NCBI GenBank assembly: GCA_004431415.1
Contig: QPMI01000251.1
Location: 42,859-106,858 of the forward strand
Direction: 5' to 3'
DNA: 64,000 bases
Origin: Cyanophora paradoxa CCMP329
Lineage: Eukaryota > Plantae > Glaucophyta
Made by a program: the position numbers and the translations under genes. This document shows, in pieces, positions 30,001 to 41,575 of this stretch. Under the pieces are notes generated by a model that was not told the origin of the DNA, made no database searches, and saw nothing but the letters and a program-made list of their open reading frames with translations. The first letter of the stretch is position 1. Every line of letters starts with the position of its first letter.

Positions 30001-33000
30001 CAATGGGCGTCGAAGCGAACCGCAAGAAACTGCGGATCATCACCGACGACGGCAAGGAAGTGCAGGTCCGCTGCTTCTGCTTCCCGTCGTGCCGAGCGTG
30101 CAGATACTAACGCCGCTCGCGCGCAGCCGTACACAAAGGAGGCGACGGAGATCCCGCTCGCCAAGACGCCCGCAAAGTCGGGCAGCATTCTCAGCGTCAC
30201 GGATCTCGGCGCGTACCACCTTAGCATCGGGACCAGCAGCGAGGGCCCCATGTATGTCTCGTGGTCTCTCAACGGCCAGCCGTCCGACGCGAAGGCGAAG
30301 CCGAAGCTCGCGCACGTGATGGTCGAGCTGTGGACGCAGGGAGCGGAGGGCAAGCGCGAGGGGCTGTGGAAGGTGCCGGCGTGCGAGGGCAACCTCGTGT
30401 TCAACCAGGTCGTGCTACACTGGGGCACGATGAAGCCTTCTACGCAGTGCGTGCTGCATCCGATGATCTCTCTGCCCTCGCGTTCCGAATCGCGTTCGTG
30501 CTGCATGGATACCGGGTAATGCCTGATTGCTCCGGGCGGCCACGCAGGTACAGTATGCGGGTGTGGACGATTCCGGAGCTGGAGGGCGAGACGGTGCCGC
30601 TGGTGTCCGACTTTATCAACAAGAAGACGCGCGCCCTGAACTCGGGTGAGTGCCGTGCCACTGGTTGCAGACGGGTCTTCGTCTCACGATGCGCTTTCGC
30701 CTCGTCTGCCCCTGCAGGAGAGACGCCCGCGCTCTTCGACGCGCAGCCCGACCTGCACCTCTTCTACCGGCGCGCGTCAGACACGTCAACGGTGACGCTG
30801 CAGCTGGCTGAGATGGCGGACGGCGCGACGGGTGTCGACCTCACCACCATGATCAAGCGCGTCTCCGCGTACACAGTGCCGGACGCTGCAAAGCAGCGCC
30901 TGTCGCTTGCAAGCGGCAATGCCATCAAGGTTCGTCGTATACTGCGAGTCTCTTCTTTAGAATTCAATGTCGGACGCACAGCCCGTTTACACAACGTGCA
31001 GATGTACGCGACGGACGGCACGCCGGTGCCGCTTACGGCGTCGGGCGTAAAGCCGGGTGTGGTAGTGGCGGTGGGCGGAACGTTCTTCCTGAGCGCGTCA
31101 TCCAGCTTCGGCACTCGCGGCAAAGCAGCGGAGGGCCGGGACGTGTATGTCTCGTGGTCGATCACGGGGGAGACGGGCGGGGCCGATCTGCCCGTCTTCA
31201 ACGAGATCTACGTGGAGCTGTGGGAGGAGAAGACACCGGGGACGCGAGCCGAGTGGACGCTGCCTGCGAAGCACGCTGAGGTGCAGTTCAGCTCGCTGCA
31301 GATGTTCGGGCTGGTGCTGCGGTCAAGCACGACGTGAGCCCGGTCGACGAAGCGCTGGAAGGCGATGGCTGATGCCGCTGCGCGGCACGCAGGTACTGCG
31401 TGCGGGTGTGGGGCCGGTACGAGCAGGGCTCGCTCACGGCCGAGACGAAGCTCTCCATCGGGTCCCTGTCGTCGGGTTCGTCCCTTGCCGTGCTGCTTTC
31501 GCATTCCGAGCGTATTGCCCGAAAGGCTGATCTCGTTGCGCAGGCGACGTGGAGCCGGCGGACGAGGCGATCCTCGCGAAGCCGGCGACGGCGTTCTTCG
31601 TGGCGCACGGGACGACGACGATGAAGTGGATCCAGCTCGCCAAGGGCGCCACCGCCGTCGGCCTCACGCGGGCGATCGAGCGCGCAATGGGCGTCGAAGC
31701 GAACCGCAAGAAACTGCGCATCATCACCGACGACGGCAAGGAAGTGCAGGTCGCTCACTCGTTGTTCGGGTTCCGAACGTGCCAGCGCTCACGCCAGCCG
31801 CGTGCAGACCTACACGAAGGACGCGACGGAGATCCTGCTCGCCACGAGGCCTCCAAAGCCAAGCGGAATCAAGCGCGCGAAAAGAGAGAAGGTCAAGGCG
31901 AAGCGCGCGAATCCGGCCTTCGATGCGACGGACGACGTCGAAGAAGTGCAGGCGGGCCACCTTGGCTTTCGCCTCGCTGAGAATGTGAGAGCTTACGCTG
32001 AGAAGCAGCCGGACGCAAAGGACGCGACGGAGACCTCGCTGGCCGAGACGGTCGCGACGCCGGGCGAAACGGAGCTTGCGAGCGAAGAGACTGCAACGGA
32101 GATGCGCGCGGAGCCGGCCACAGATGCGACGGAAGCTCCGGCCGGAGAGGTGCTGGTAAAGCCTGGCACAATCCTCAGCGTCACCGATCTCGGCGTGTGC
32201 TACCTGAAGCCCACCGTCAACGAGAGCGGGCCCTTCTACGTCTACTGGGCAATCGAGGGCCAGCCGTCGGGCGCAAAGGAGAAGCCGAAGCTCGCGCACG
32301 TGATGGTCGAGCTGTGGACGCAGGGCGCACAGAGCATGCGGCTCGGGCTGTGGAAGGTGCCGACCAGCGAGGCGAGCGTCGTGTTTGACAAAGTCATGCT
32401 TTCCTGGGGCACAATCAAGCCGTCCACTGCGTGCGCCGCCTGTGGCTGCCGCGCTGCGCCGCGTGTCTATTGCGTTGACTGAAAGCACGCGCGAGCAGTT
32501 ACGGCGTGCGGCTGTGGGGCATTCCAGTGGGCGAGACCGTCCCGCTGGTGGCGGACGTCGTGAGCAAGAAGACGCGCGCCCTGAACTCGGGTGCGCGCCG
32601 TGCAGATCGTCATCGAGGCGCTTTAGTCTCTAAGCGTTTGCCCTTCCGCCGCCACAGGAGAGACGCCCGCACTCTTCGACGCGCAGCCGAAGCTGCACTT
32701 TTTCTACCGGCGCGCGGCAGACAGCTCGCCAGCTGCCATACAGCTTGTAGAAGTGGCCGACGGGGCGACCGGCGTCGACTTGAGGAACTCAATCAAGCGC
32801 CTTTCTACGTACACGGTTCCCGACGCAGCAAAGCAGCGGCTCTCGCTGAGCAACGGCGACCCTATCAAGGTGCTCTCCGTGCTGCCGGACTGTATAGTCG
32901 CAGCGTGGCCCCTGATTCCTTTGCGCGACGTGCAGATGTACGCCACGGACGGCACGCCGGTGCCGCTATCGGCTTCCGGAGCGAAGCCGGGGGTGGTGGT

Positions 33001-36000
33001 GGCCGTGGGCGAGACGTGTTACCTGAGCGTGTCGTGCAGCTTTGGCTCGCGGAGCAAGACTGCGGAGGGCCGAGATGTCAATGTATCGTGGGCGTTGAAC
33101 GACAAGGCGAAGGACCCGTCGCCGCCCGCCTTCACCAAAATGTACGTTGAGCTGTGGGAAGAGAAGATACCGGAGAAGCGGGCCGAGTGGACGCTGCCTG
33201 CGAAGCACGGCGAGCCACCGGTGGAGTTCAGCGCGCTGCAGATGTTCGGGCTGGTGCTGCGGTCAAGCACGACGTGAGCCTGGTCGATTGATGTAGCGCT
33301 TAAAGGCGATGGCTGATGCCGCTGCGCGGCACGCAGGTACTGCGTGCGGGTGTGGGGCCGGTACGAGCAGGGCTCGCTCACGGCCGAGACGAAGTTCTCC
33401 ATCGGGTCCCTGTCGTCGGGTTCGTCCGTTGCCGTGTTGGCATTTTGCGAGTCTGTGTGGCATGCGCACGCTGATTGGAGTGCCCGCCCCACGCGCAGGC
33501 GACACGGAGCCGGCGGACGAGGCGATCCTCGCGAAGCCGGCGACGGCGTTCTTCGTGGCGCACGGGACGACGACGATGAAGTGGATCCAGCTCGCCAAGG
33601 GCGCCACCGCCGTCGGCCTCACGCGGGCGATCGAGCGCGCAATGGGCGTCGAAGCGAACCGCAAGAAACTGCGGATCATCACCGACGACGGCAAGGAAGT
33701 GCAGGTCGCTCACTCGTTGTTCGGGTTCCGAACGTGCCAGCGCTCACGCCAGCCGCGTGCAGACCTACACGAAGGACGCGACGGAGATCCTGCTCGCCAC
33801 GAGGCCTCCAAAGCCAAGCGGAATCAAGCGCGCGAAAAGAGAGAAGGTCAAGGCGAAGCGCGCGAATCCGGCCTTCGATGCGACGGACGACGTCGAAGAA
33901 GTGCAGGCGGGCCACCTTGGCTTTCGCCTCGCTGAGAATGTGAGAGCTTACGCTGAGAAGCAGCCGGACGCAAAGGACGCGACGGAGACCTCGCTGGCCG
34001 AGACGGTCGCGACGCCGGGCGAAACGGAGCCCGCGAGCGAAGAGACTGCAACGGAGATGCGCGCGGAGCCGGCCACAGATGCGACGGAAGCTCCGGCCGG
34101 AGAGGTGCTGGTAAAGCCTGGCACAATCCTCAGCGTCACCGATCTCGGCGTGTGCTACCTGAAGCCCACCGTCAACGAGAGCGGGCCCTTCTACGTCTAC
34201 TGGGCAATCGAGGGCCAGCCGTCGGGCGCAAAGGAGAAGCCGAAGCTCGCGCACGTGATGGTCGAGCTGTGGACGCAGGGCGCAGAGAGCATGCGGCTCG
34301 GGCTGTGGAAGGTGCCGACCAGCGAGGCGAGCGTCGTGTTTGACAAAGTCATGCTTTCCTGGGGCACAATCAAGCCGTCCACTGCGTGCGCCGCCTGTGG
34401 CTGCCGCGCTGCGCCACGTGTCTATTGCGTTGACTGAAAGCACGCGCGAGCAGTTACGGCGTGCGGCTGTGGGGCATTCCAGTGGGCGAGACCGTCCCGC
34501 TGGTGGCGGACGTCGTGAGCAAGAAGACGCGCGCCCTGAACTCGGGTGCGCGCCGTGCAGATCGTCATCGAGGCGCTTTAGTCTCTAAGCGTTTGCCCTT
34601 CCGCCGCCACAGGAGAGACGCCCGCACTCTTCGACGCGCAGCCGAAGCTGCACTTTTTCTACCGGCGCGCGGCAGACAGCTCGCCAGCTGCCATACAGCT
34701 TGTAGAAGTGGCCGACGGGGCGACCGGCGTCGACTTGAGGAACTCAATCAAGCGCCTTTCTGCGTACACGGTTCCCGACGCAGCAAAGCAGCGGCTCTTG
34801 ATGAGCAACGGCGACCCTATCAAGGTGCTCTCCGTGCTGCCGGACTGTATAGTCGCAGCGTGGCCCCTGATTCCTTTGCGCGACGTGCAGATGTACGCCA
34901 CGGACGGCACGCCGGTGCCGCTATCGGCTTCCGGAGCGAAGCCGGGGGTGGTGGTGGCCGTGGGCGAGACGTGTTACCTGAGCGTGTCGTGCAGCTTTGG
35001 CTCGCGGAGCAAGACTGCGGAGGGCCGAGATGTCAATGTATCGTGGGCGTTGAACGACAAGGCGAAGGACCCGTCGCCGCCCGCCTTCACCAAAATGTAC
35101 GTTGAGCTGTGGGAAGAGAAGATACCGGAGAAGCGGGCCGAGTGGACGCTGCCGGCGAAGCACGGCGAGCCACCGGTGGAGTTCAGCGCGCTGCAGATGT
35201 TCGGGCTGGTGCTGCGGTCAAGCACGACGTGAGCCTGGTCGATTGATGTAGCGCTTAAAGGCGATGGCTGATGCCGCTGCGCGGCACGCAGGTACTGCGT
35301 GCGGGTGTGGGGCCGGTACGAGCAGGGCTCGCTCACGGCGGAGACGAAGTTCTCCATCGGGTCCCTGTCGTCGGGTTCGTCCGTTGCCGTGTTGGCATTT
35401 TGCGAGTCTGTGTGGCATGCGCACGCTGATTGGAGTGCCCGCCCCACGCGCAGGCGACACGGAGCCGGCGGACGAGGCGATCCTCGCGAAGCCGGCGATG
35501 GCCTTCTTCGTGGCGCACGGGACGACGACGATGAAGTGGATCCAGCTCGCCAAGGGCGCCACCGCCGTCGGCCTCACGCGGGCGATCGAGCGCGCAATGG
35601 GCGTCGAAGCGAACCGCAAGAAACTGCGGATCATCACCGACGACGGCAAGGAAGTGCAGGTCGCTCACTCGTTGTTCGGGTTCCGAACGTGCCAGCGCTC
35701 ACGCCAGCCGCGTGCAGACCTACACGAAGGACGCGACGGAGATCCCGCTCGCCACGAGGCCTCCAAAGCCAAGCGGAATCAAGCGCGCGAAAAGAGAGAA
35801 GGTCAAGGCGAAGCGCGCGAATCCGGCCTTCGATGCGACGGACGACGTCGAAGAAGTGCAGGCGGGCCACCTTGGCTTTCGCCTCGCTGAGAATGTGAGA
35901 GCTTACGCTGAGAAGCAGCCGGACGCAAAGGACGCGACGGAGACCTCGCTGGCCGAGACGGTCGCGACGCCGGGCGAAACGGAGCCCGCGAGCGAAGAGA

Positions 36001-39000
36001 CTGCAACGGAGATGCGCGCGGAGCCGGCCACAGATGCGACGGAAGCTCCGGCCGGAGAGGTGCTGGTAAAGCCTGGCACAATCCTCAGCGTCACCGATCT
36101 CGGCGTGTGCTACCTGAAGCCCACCGTCAACGAGAGCGGGCCCTTCTACGTCTACTGGGCAATCGAGGGCCAGCCGTCGGGCGCAAAGGAGAAGCCGAAG
36201 CTCGCGCACGTGATGGTCGAGCTGTGGACGCAGGGCGCAGAGAGCATGCGGCTCGGGCTGTGGAAGGTGCCGACCAGCGAGGCGAGCGTCGTGTTTGACA
36301 AAGTCATGCTTTCCTGGGGCACAATCAAGCCGTCCACTGCGTGCGCCGCCTGTGGCTGCCGCGCTGCGCCACGTGTCTATTGCGTTGACTGAAAGCACGC
36401 GCGAGCAGTTACGGCGTGCGGCTGTGGGGCATTCCAGTGGGCGAGACCGTCCCGCTGGTGGCGGACGTCGTGAGCAAGAAGACGCGCGCCCTGAACTCGG
36501 GTGCGCGCCGTGCAGATCGTCATCGAGGCGCTTTAGTCTCTAAGCGTTTGCCCTTCCGCCGCCACAGGAGAGACGCCCGCACTCTTCGACGCGCAGCCGA
36601 AGCTGCACTTTTTCTACCGGCGCGCGGCAGACAGCTCGCCAGCTGCCATACAGCTTGTAGAAGTGGCCGACGGGGCGACCGGCGTCGACTTGAGGAACTC
36701 AATCAAGCGCCTTTCTGCGTACACGGTTCCCGACGCAGCAAAGCAGCGGCTCTTGATGAGCAACGGCGACCCTATCAAGGTGCTCTCCGTGCTGCCGGAC
36801 TGTATAGTCGCAGCGTGGCCCCTGATTCCTTTGCGCGACGTGCAGATGTACGCCACGGACGGCACGCCGGTGCCGCTATCGGCTTCCGGAGCGAAGCCGG
36901 GGGTGGTGGTGGCCGTGGACGAGACGTGTTACCTGAGCGTGTCGTGCAGCTTTGGCTCGCGGAGCAAGGCTGCGGAGGGCCGAGATGTCAATGTATCGTG
37001 GGCGTTGAACGACAAGGCGAAGGACCCGTCGCCGCCCGCCTTCACCAAAATGTACGTTGAGCTGTGGGAAGAGAAGATACCGGAGAAGCGGGCCGAGTGG
37101 ACGCTGCCGGCGAAGCACGGCGAGCCACCGGTGGAGTTCAGCGCGCTGCAGATGTTCGAGCTGGTGCTGCGGTCAAGCACGACGTGAGCCTGGTCGATTG
37201 ATGTAGCGCTTAAAGGCGACGGCTGACAGGCCCGCACAACGCGCAGGTACTGCGTGCGGGTGTGGGGCCGGTACGAGCAGGGCTCGCTCACGGCGGAGAC
37301 GAAGTTTACCATCGGGTCCCTGTCGTCGGGTTCGTCCGTTGCCGTGTTGGCATTTTGCGAGTCTGTGTGGCATGCGCACGCTGATTGGAGTGCCCGCCCC
37401 ACGCGCAGGCGACACGGAGCCGGCGGACGAGGCGATCCTCGCGAAGCCGGCGACGGCGTTCTTCGTGGCGCACGGGACGACGACGATGAAGTGGATCCAG
37501 CTCGCCAAGGGCGCCACCGCCGTCGGCCTCACGCGGGCGATCGAGCGCGCAATGGGCGTCGAAGCGAACCGCAAGAAACTGCGCATCATCACCGACGACG
37601 GCAAGGAAGTGCAGGTCCGCTGCTTCTGCTTCCCGTCGTGCCGAGCGTGCAGAAACTAACGCCGCTCGCGCGCAGCCGTACACAAAGGAGGCGACGGAGA
37701 TCCCGCTCGCTAAGACTCCCGCAAAGCCGGGCAGCATTCTCAGCGTCACGGATCTCGGCGCGTACCACCTTAGCATCGGGACCAGCAGCGAGGGCCCCAT
37801 GTATGTCTCGTGGTCTCTCAACGGCCAGCCGTCCGGCGCGAAGGCGAAGCCGAAGCTCGCGCACGTGATGGTCGAGCTGTGGACGCAGGGAGCGGAGGGC
37901 AAGCGCGAGGGGCTGTGGAAGGTGCCGGCGTGCGAGGGCAACCTCGTGTTCAACCAGGTCGTGCTACACTGGGGCACGATGAAGCCTTCTACGCAGTGCG
38001 TGCTGCATCCGATGATCTCTCTGCCCTCGCGTTCCGGATCGCGTTCGTGCTGCATGTATACCGGGTAATGCCTGATTGCTCCGGGCGGCCACGCAGGTAC
38101 AGCATGCGGGTGTGGACGATTCCGGAGCTGGAGGGCGAGACGGTGCCGCTGGTGTCCGACTTTATCAACAAGAAGACGCGCGCCCTGAACTCGGGTGAGT
38201 GCCGTGCCACTGTTTGCAGACGGGTCTTCGTCTCACGATGCGCTTTCGCCTCGTCTGCCCCTGCAGGAGAGACGCCCGCGCTCTTCGACGCGCAGCCCGA
38301 CCTGCACCTCTTCTACCGGCGCGCGTCAGACACGTCAACGGTGACGCTGCAGCTGGCTGAGATGGCGGACGGCGCGACGGGTGTCGACCTGCGAAATGCG
38401 ATCAAGCGCGTATCGGTCCATTCGGTTCCAGAGGCGCTGAGACAGCGCCTGTGGCTCGCAAGCGGAGAGGTCATCAAGGTACGCCTGTCTCTCTTATCCA
38501 ACTTACGACGCGTAGATGCCGAGTCTTCATTGTGCAGATGTACGACAAGGAGGGCGACGGCGTGCTGGTCTCGGCTTCAGGCGCAAAGCCGGGCTCTGTA
38601 GTGGCCGTGGGAGAGACATGCTACCTCAGCATATCGACGAGCTACAGCACGCGGGGCAAGGCGGCCGAGGGCCGGGACGTTACCGTCTCTTGGTCGATGT
38701 ATGACAAGGGGAAAGATCCGTTTGACTTCGTTGATATCTCCGTTGAAATGTGGGAGGAAAAGACACCGGAGAAGCGGGCCGAGTGGACACTGCCGACAAA
38801 GCACAACGGGGTAGAGTTCAGCGCGCTGCAGATGTTCGGGCTGGTGCTGCGGTCAAGCACGACGTGAGCCCGGTCGATTGACGAAGCACTGGAAGGCGAC
38901 GGCTGACAGGCCCGCACAACGCGCAGGTACTGCGTTCGCGTGCTGCATCGATACGATCAGGGTTCGGTCGTCGGGCAGGCAAAGCTCTCCATCGGGTCCC

Positions 39001-39083
39001 TGTCGTCCGGTTCGTCCTTTCCATCGATATCGATACTCGCCGCAGTGGCAACATGCTGACTGAAAAGCTCAACCCTCACGCAG
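1..39083 (+). repeat. Tandem array of 22 complete 1.67-1.96 kb units plus a partial first unit
   Basis: The exon encoding GD(V/T)EPADEAILAKPA recurs at about 1062, 2793, 4465, 6198, 7873, 9601, 11272, 13004, 14679, 16411, 18086, 19758, 21430, 23114, 24798, 26485, 28172, 29860, 31544, 33499, 35454, 37409 and 39083. Same-type units are near-identical, including introns. Confidence 0.98.
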
Positions 39084-40164
39084 GGGACACGGAGCCGGCG
39101 GACGAAGCGATCCTCGCAAAGCCGGCAACAGCCTTTTTCGTGGCGCACGGGCCAACGACATTGAAGTGGATCCAGCTCTCCAAGACCGCAACTGGCCTCC
39201 ACTTCAACCAGGCAGTTGAGCGCGCGATGGGCCTCGAAGTAAACCGCTTCAAGCTGTTGATCACCACGCCAAGCAGCACGAATGTTGATGTCGAGGCATG
39301 CGCCTTTCCAACCGTGCAAACACTTCTGTCTGCGACTTACTTCTTTGTCGCAGCGCTATGCCGAAGACGGCGCCGTGCTCCCCCTTGGAAGCAGGCCCGC
39401 AAAGTCGGGCTCTCTTCTCACCATCGCGGCAAAGAAACTATGCACCATCTCGTCGTCTTTGGGTAGTGACAGCACCCGTCCTCTGACGATTAGCTGGAGC
39501 ATCTCATCTGGTGACGGCGGAGAGCCTCCGGAGGTGACAATAGAGCTGCAAGAGTTCGAGAAGCGGGATCGGCGCTTCGCTTGGAAAGTTCCAACTTCCG
39601 ACAACTCGACTCGAACCGGGAGACTGGATTTCGTGTGGGGCACAATGAGGCCGGCAACCAAGTAAGCCACCCTCTTACGCTCTCAGCATAACTTGTACGA
39701 ATACATTGCGCTCAGATACATTGTTCGGGTGCGAACAGTGGACCAGGGCTCGGTGGTGTCCGCCAGTGAATTGGAACACACGACGCGGCCCCTGAAATCA
39801 GGTGCGCTACCGTAGTACGGGGAATTCGCGTCGTACTCCCCACGTCTGGAATGTAACTCCTTGCGGCCCGGCAGGGGAGGCGGCTCCGAGCTGGGATAGG
39901 CAACCCGCCTGGCATTGCATTCTCCGGAGGCACAACGATAGCTCTCCTCTCTATCTGGCTGTCTTGGAGCTGCCCGACGACGCACCCGCTGTCGACCTGC
40001 TCACTGAGGTTCACCGCGTAACAAATTGGGGCTCTTCGCCAAGTTCGTACAGAATATACCTGCAAGACCGGAAAAAGCAGGTGGAGACGCACAAGAATGG
40101 ATCGGTGGTGCCGAAATCGGAGTTGGGGCTGAAGTCTGGACAGTTTGTAATTGTCCATTTCTAG
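1..40164 (+). CDS. Giant multi-exon protein (5' end outside window) of alternating ubiquitin-like and fibronectin type III-like domains, about 47 Ubl and 46 FN3 visible
   Basis: Six short introns per unit (five GT-AG, one GC-AG or GT-AG) join the exons in frame with no stop or new start between units. Ubl-like segment: FFVAHGTTTMKWIQLASGASTLGLKQAVERAMGLSANRRRLRI...[17 protein letters not shown]. FN3-like segment: VWIHW...VELW...WKVPA...MKPSTSYDVRVW (strand-B Trp and tyrosine corner). The only terminal stop is TAG at 40162-40164 after ...LKSGQFVIVHF. Scattered 1-bp losses in G/C runs break the frame in some units. Confidence 0.8.
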
Positions 40165-40427
40165 TCGTCGCAGGCATAGGCATGTATAGTTAGGCAGAGG
40201 CAACTATTAATTGGTTTCTTAGGCAGAGTGGCATGTATAGTTACCCAGCCACACTCATGTATAGTTCAACGGTTAGTAAGTAACCAGACGCATGCAGCTA
40301 TTGGCGCGCACCGAGCCCTCGGAGCTCTTTAGTTCACCGGTACCGAGTACCAGGGACTGAACAGCACATTCTACCCCCCTAGACATTTGTTCAATTTCTA
40401 GCATCGAAGTTCAGTAACTGCAGGCTG

Positions 40428-41214
40428 ATGGCGGACGACACGGGCCCCGGCGGGGCGCGCGCCACTGACCCAAATTAAAATTAGAGACAGCTGCAGTGGC
40501 TCTGAAGACTGCGGCAGCAGCCGATGGCGCCTTCGCAGCGCTCGTCGCGATCGGCGGTGCCGGCCGCCGCGAGCCGGCCGCGGAGCAACCCGCGGCCGCG
40601 AAGCGGGCGCAGGCGCTGCGGTGCAGCGCGTGCCAGATCCCTCCGAAGCGGTTGGCCGCGGCGCGAACAGATCCGGTACCGGTGAGTCCGATCCTTGCTC
40701 GCGCGGCGTTCCCGCACTTTTGACGGGTGCAGCTGCTGCCAGGCTGCGAAAACCGCAGGCTCCGACGTACGGCTGCGGTGCACGTGCGCGCGTGCTGCGG
40801 CGTTTTCGATCTTGTCTAGATCCTTCGATCACCTAGGCCTGTCGGGGGGGGGCCGGGGGCCTGCTGGCGGGGGTGTGGGAGGCGCTGGGGGCGACCCTCG
40901 CGATCGAGGCGCGCTACCGCCGCTTCGAGCAGATCGCGATCGTCGTCCAGTGCTACGGCCTCGCCGAGCGGCCCCCCGAGCCGCCCGACCCCGCCGCCCA
41001 AATCTTTGAAAATGAATTCGCACACACCGAGACAAATGGCTATATATAGCTATAGATATAACTGAGGTGTCCATCTGTGTCAAGTCGAGAGATGAGCCTA
41101 CGGGACTAAGCCTTTCGGACATCGGACCGGGTGGAGCTCGGCGACCCCGCCGCCCTCCGCGCCGCCCTCCGCGCCGCCTGCGCCCGGGCCTACGCCCGCC
41201 TCTCCCCCTACTAG
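40428..41214 (+). pseudogene. Possible degraded spliced gene fragment (Cys-rich, perhaps zinc-finger-like)
   Basis: Coding-like pieces LRCSACQ, IRYR/CC across a GTGAGT..GCAG intron near 40682-40731, LLAGVWEALGATLAIEARYRRFEQIAIVVQCYGL and DPAALRAALRAACARAYARLSPY-stop. They cannot be joined into one frame. Confidence 0.25.
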
Positions 41215-41575
41215 GCTAGCCCGCCCACCTCCGACGCTCGACCCTCCAAACAGACCGTCGGCCTCTCCCTCCGCCGAGCGCCCCTCCCAAGGCCCCGCCG
41301 GGCCGGGCCCGCGGCGGCCGGCCTCCGCCGCCCGGCCAGCTGCAGGCGCCGGGCGCCGGCCCGCGCCGCGGCCGGAAGAGAAATTTTCGGAAGGCTTCGT
41401 TGGCGCATATGCATGCCATGATGATCAAGGATTTGCTTTATAATTAGGCGGGACTCCGCCGCCGCGCCGCAGGCCCGCACTGGCCCCGCAGTCTGGTCCA
41501 GTGGGCCGCAGGGCCTCAGCAATGAGTCAGCATGCTTCGCTCGATGAGTCCATTACATTGATCATAAGAAGGTTG

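Noticed and set aside
7380-31090. Gly-Gly at the end of the second Ubl (VVVAIGG, VVVAVGG) as a polyubiquitin-like cleavage site
   Set aside because: It sits directly at the end of the last strand with no LRLR-type tail, and it is GA, GE or DE in A, D and E units and absent from the first Ubl.
1-39083. Array of separate tandem genes, CRISPR array or transposon array
   Set aside because: There are no intergenic spacers, starts or stops between units, all gaps are intron-sized, and there is no short repeat-spacer pattern or transposase motif.
40178-40268. CATGTATAGTT repeated three times downstream of the giant gene stop
   Set aside because: It is too short and irregular to assign a function and is probably local duplication in the 3' UTR.
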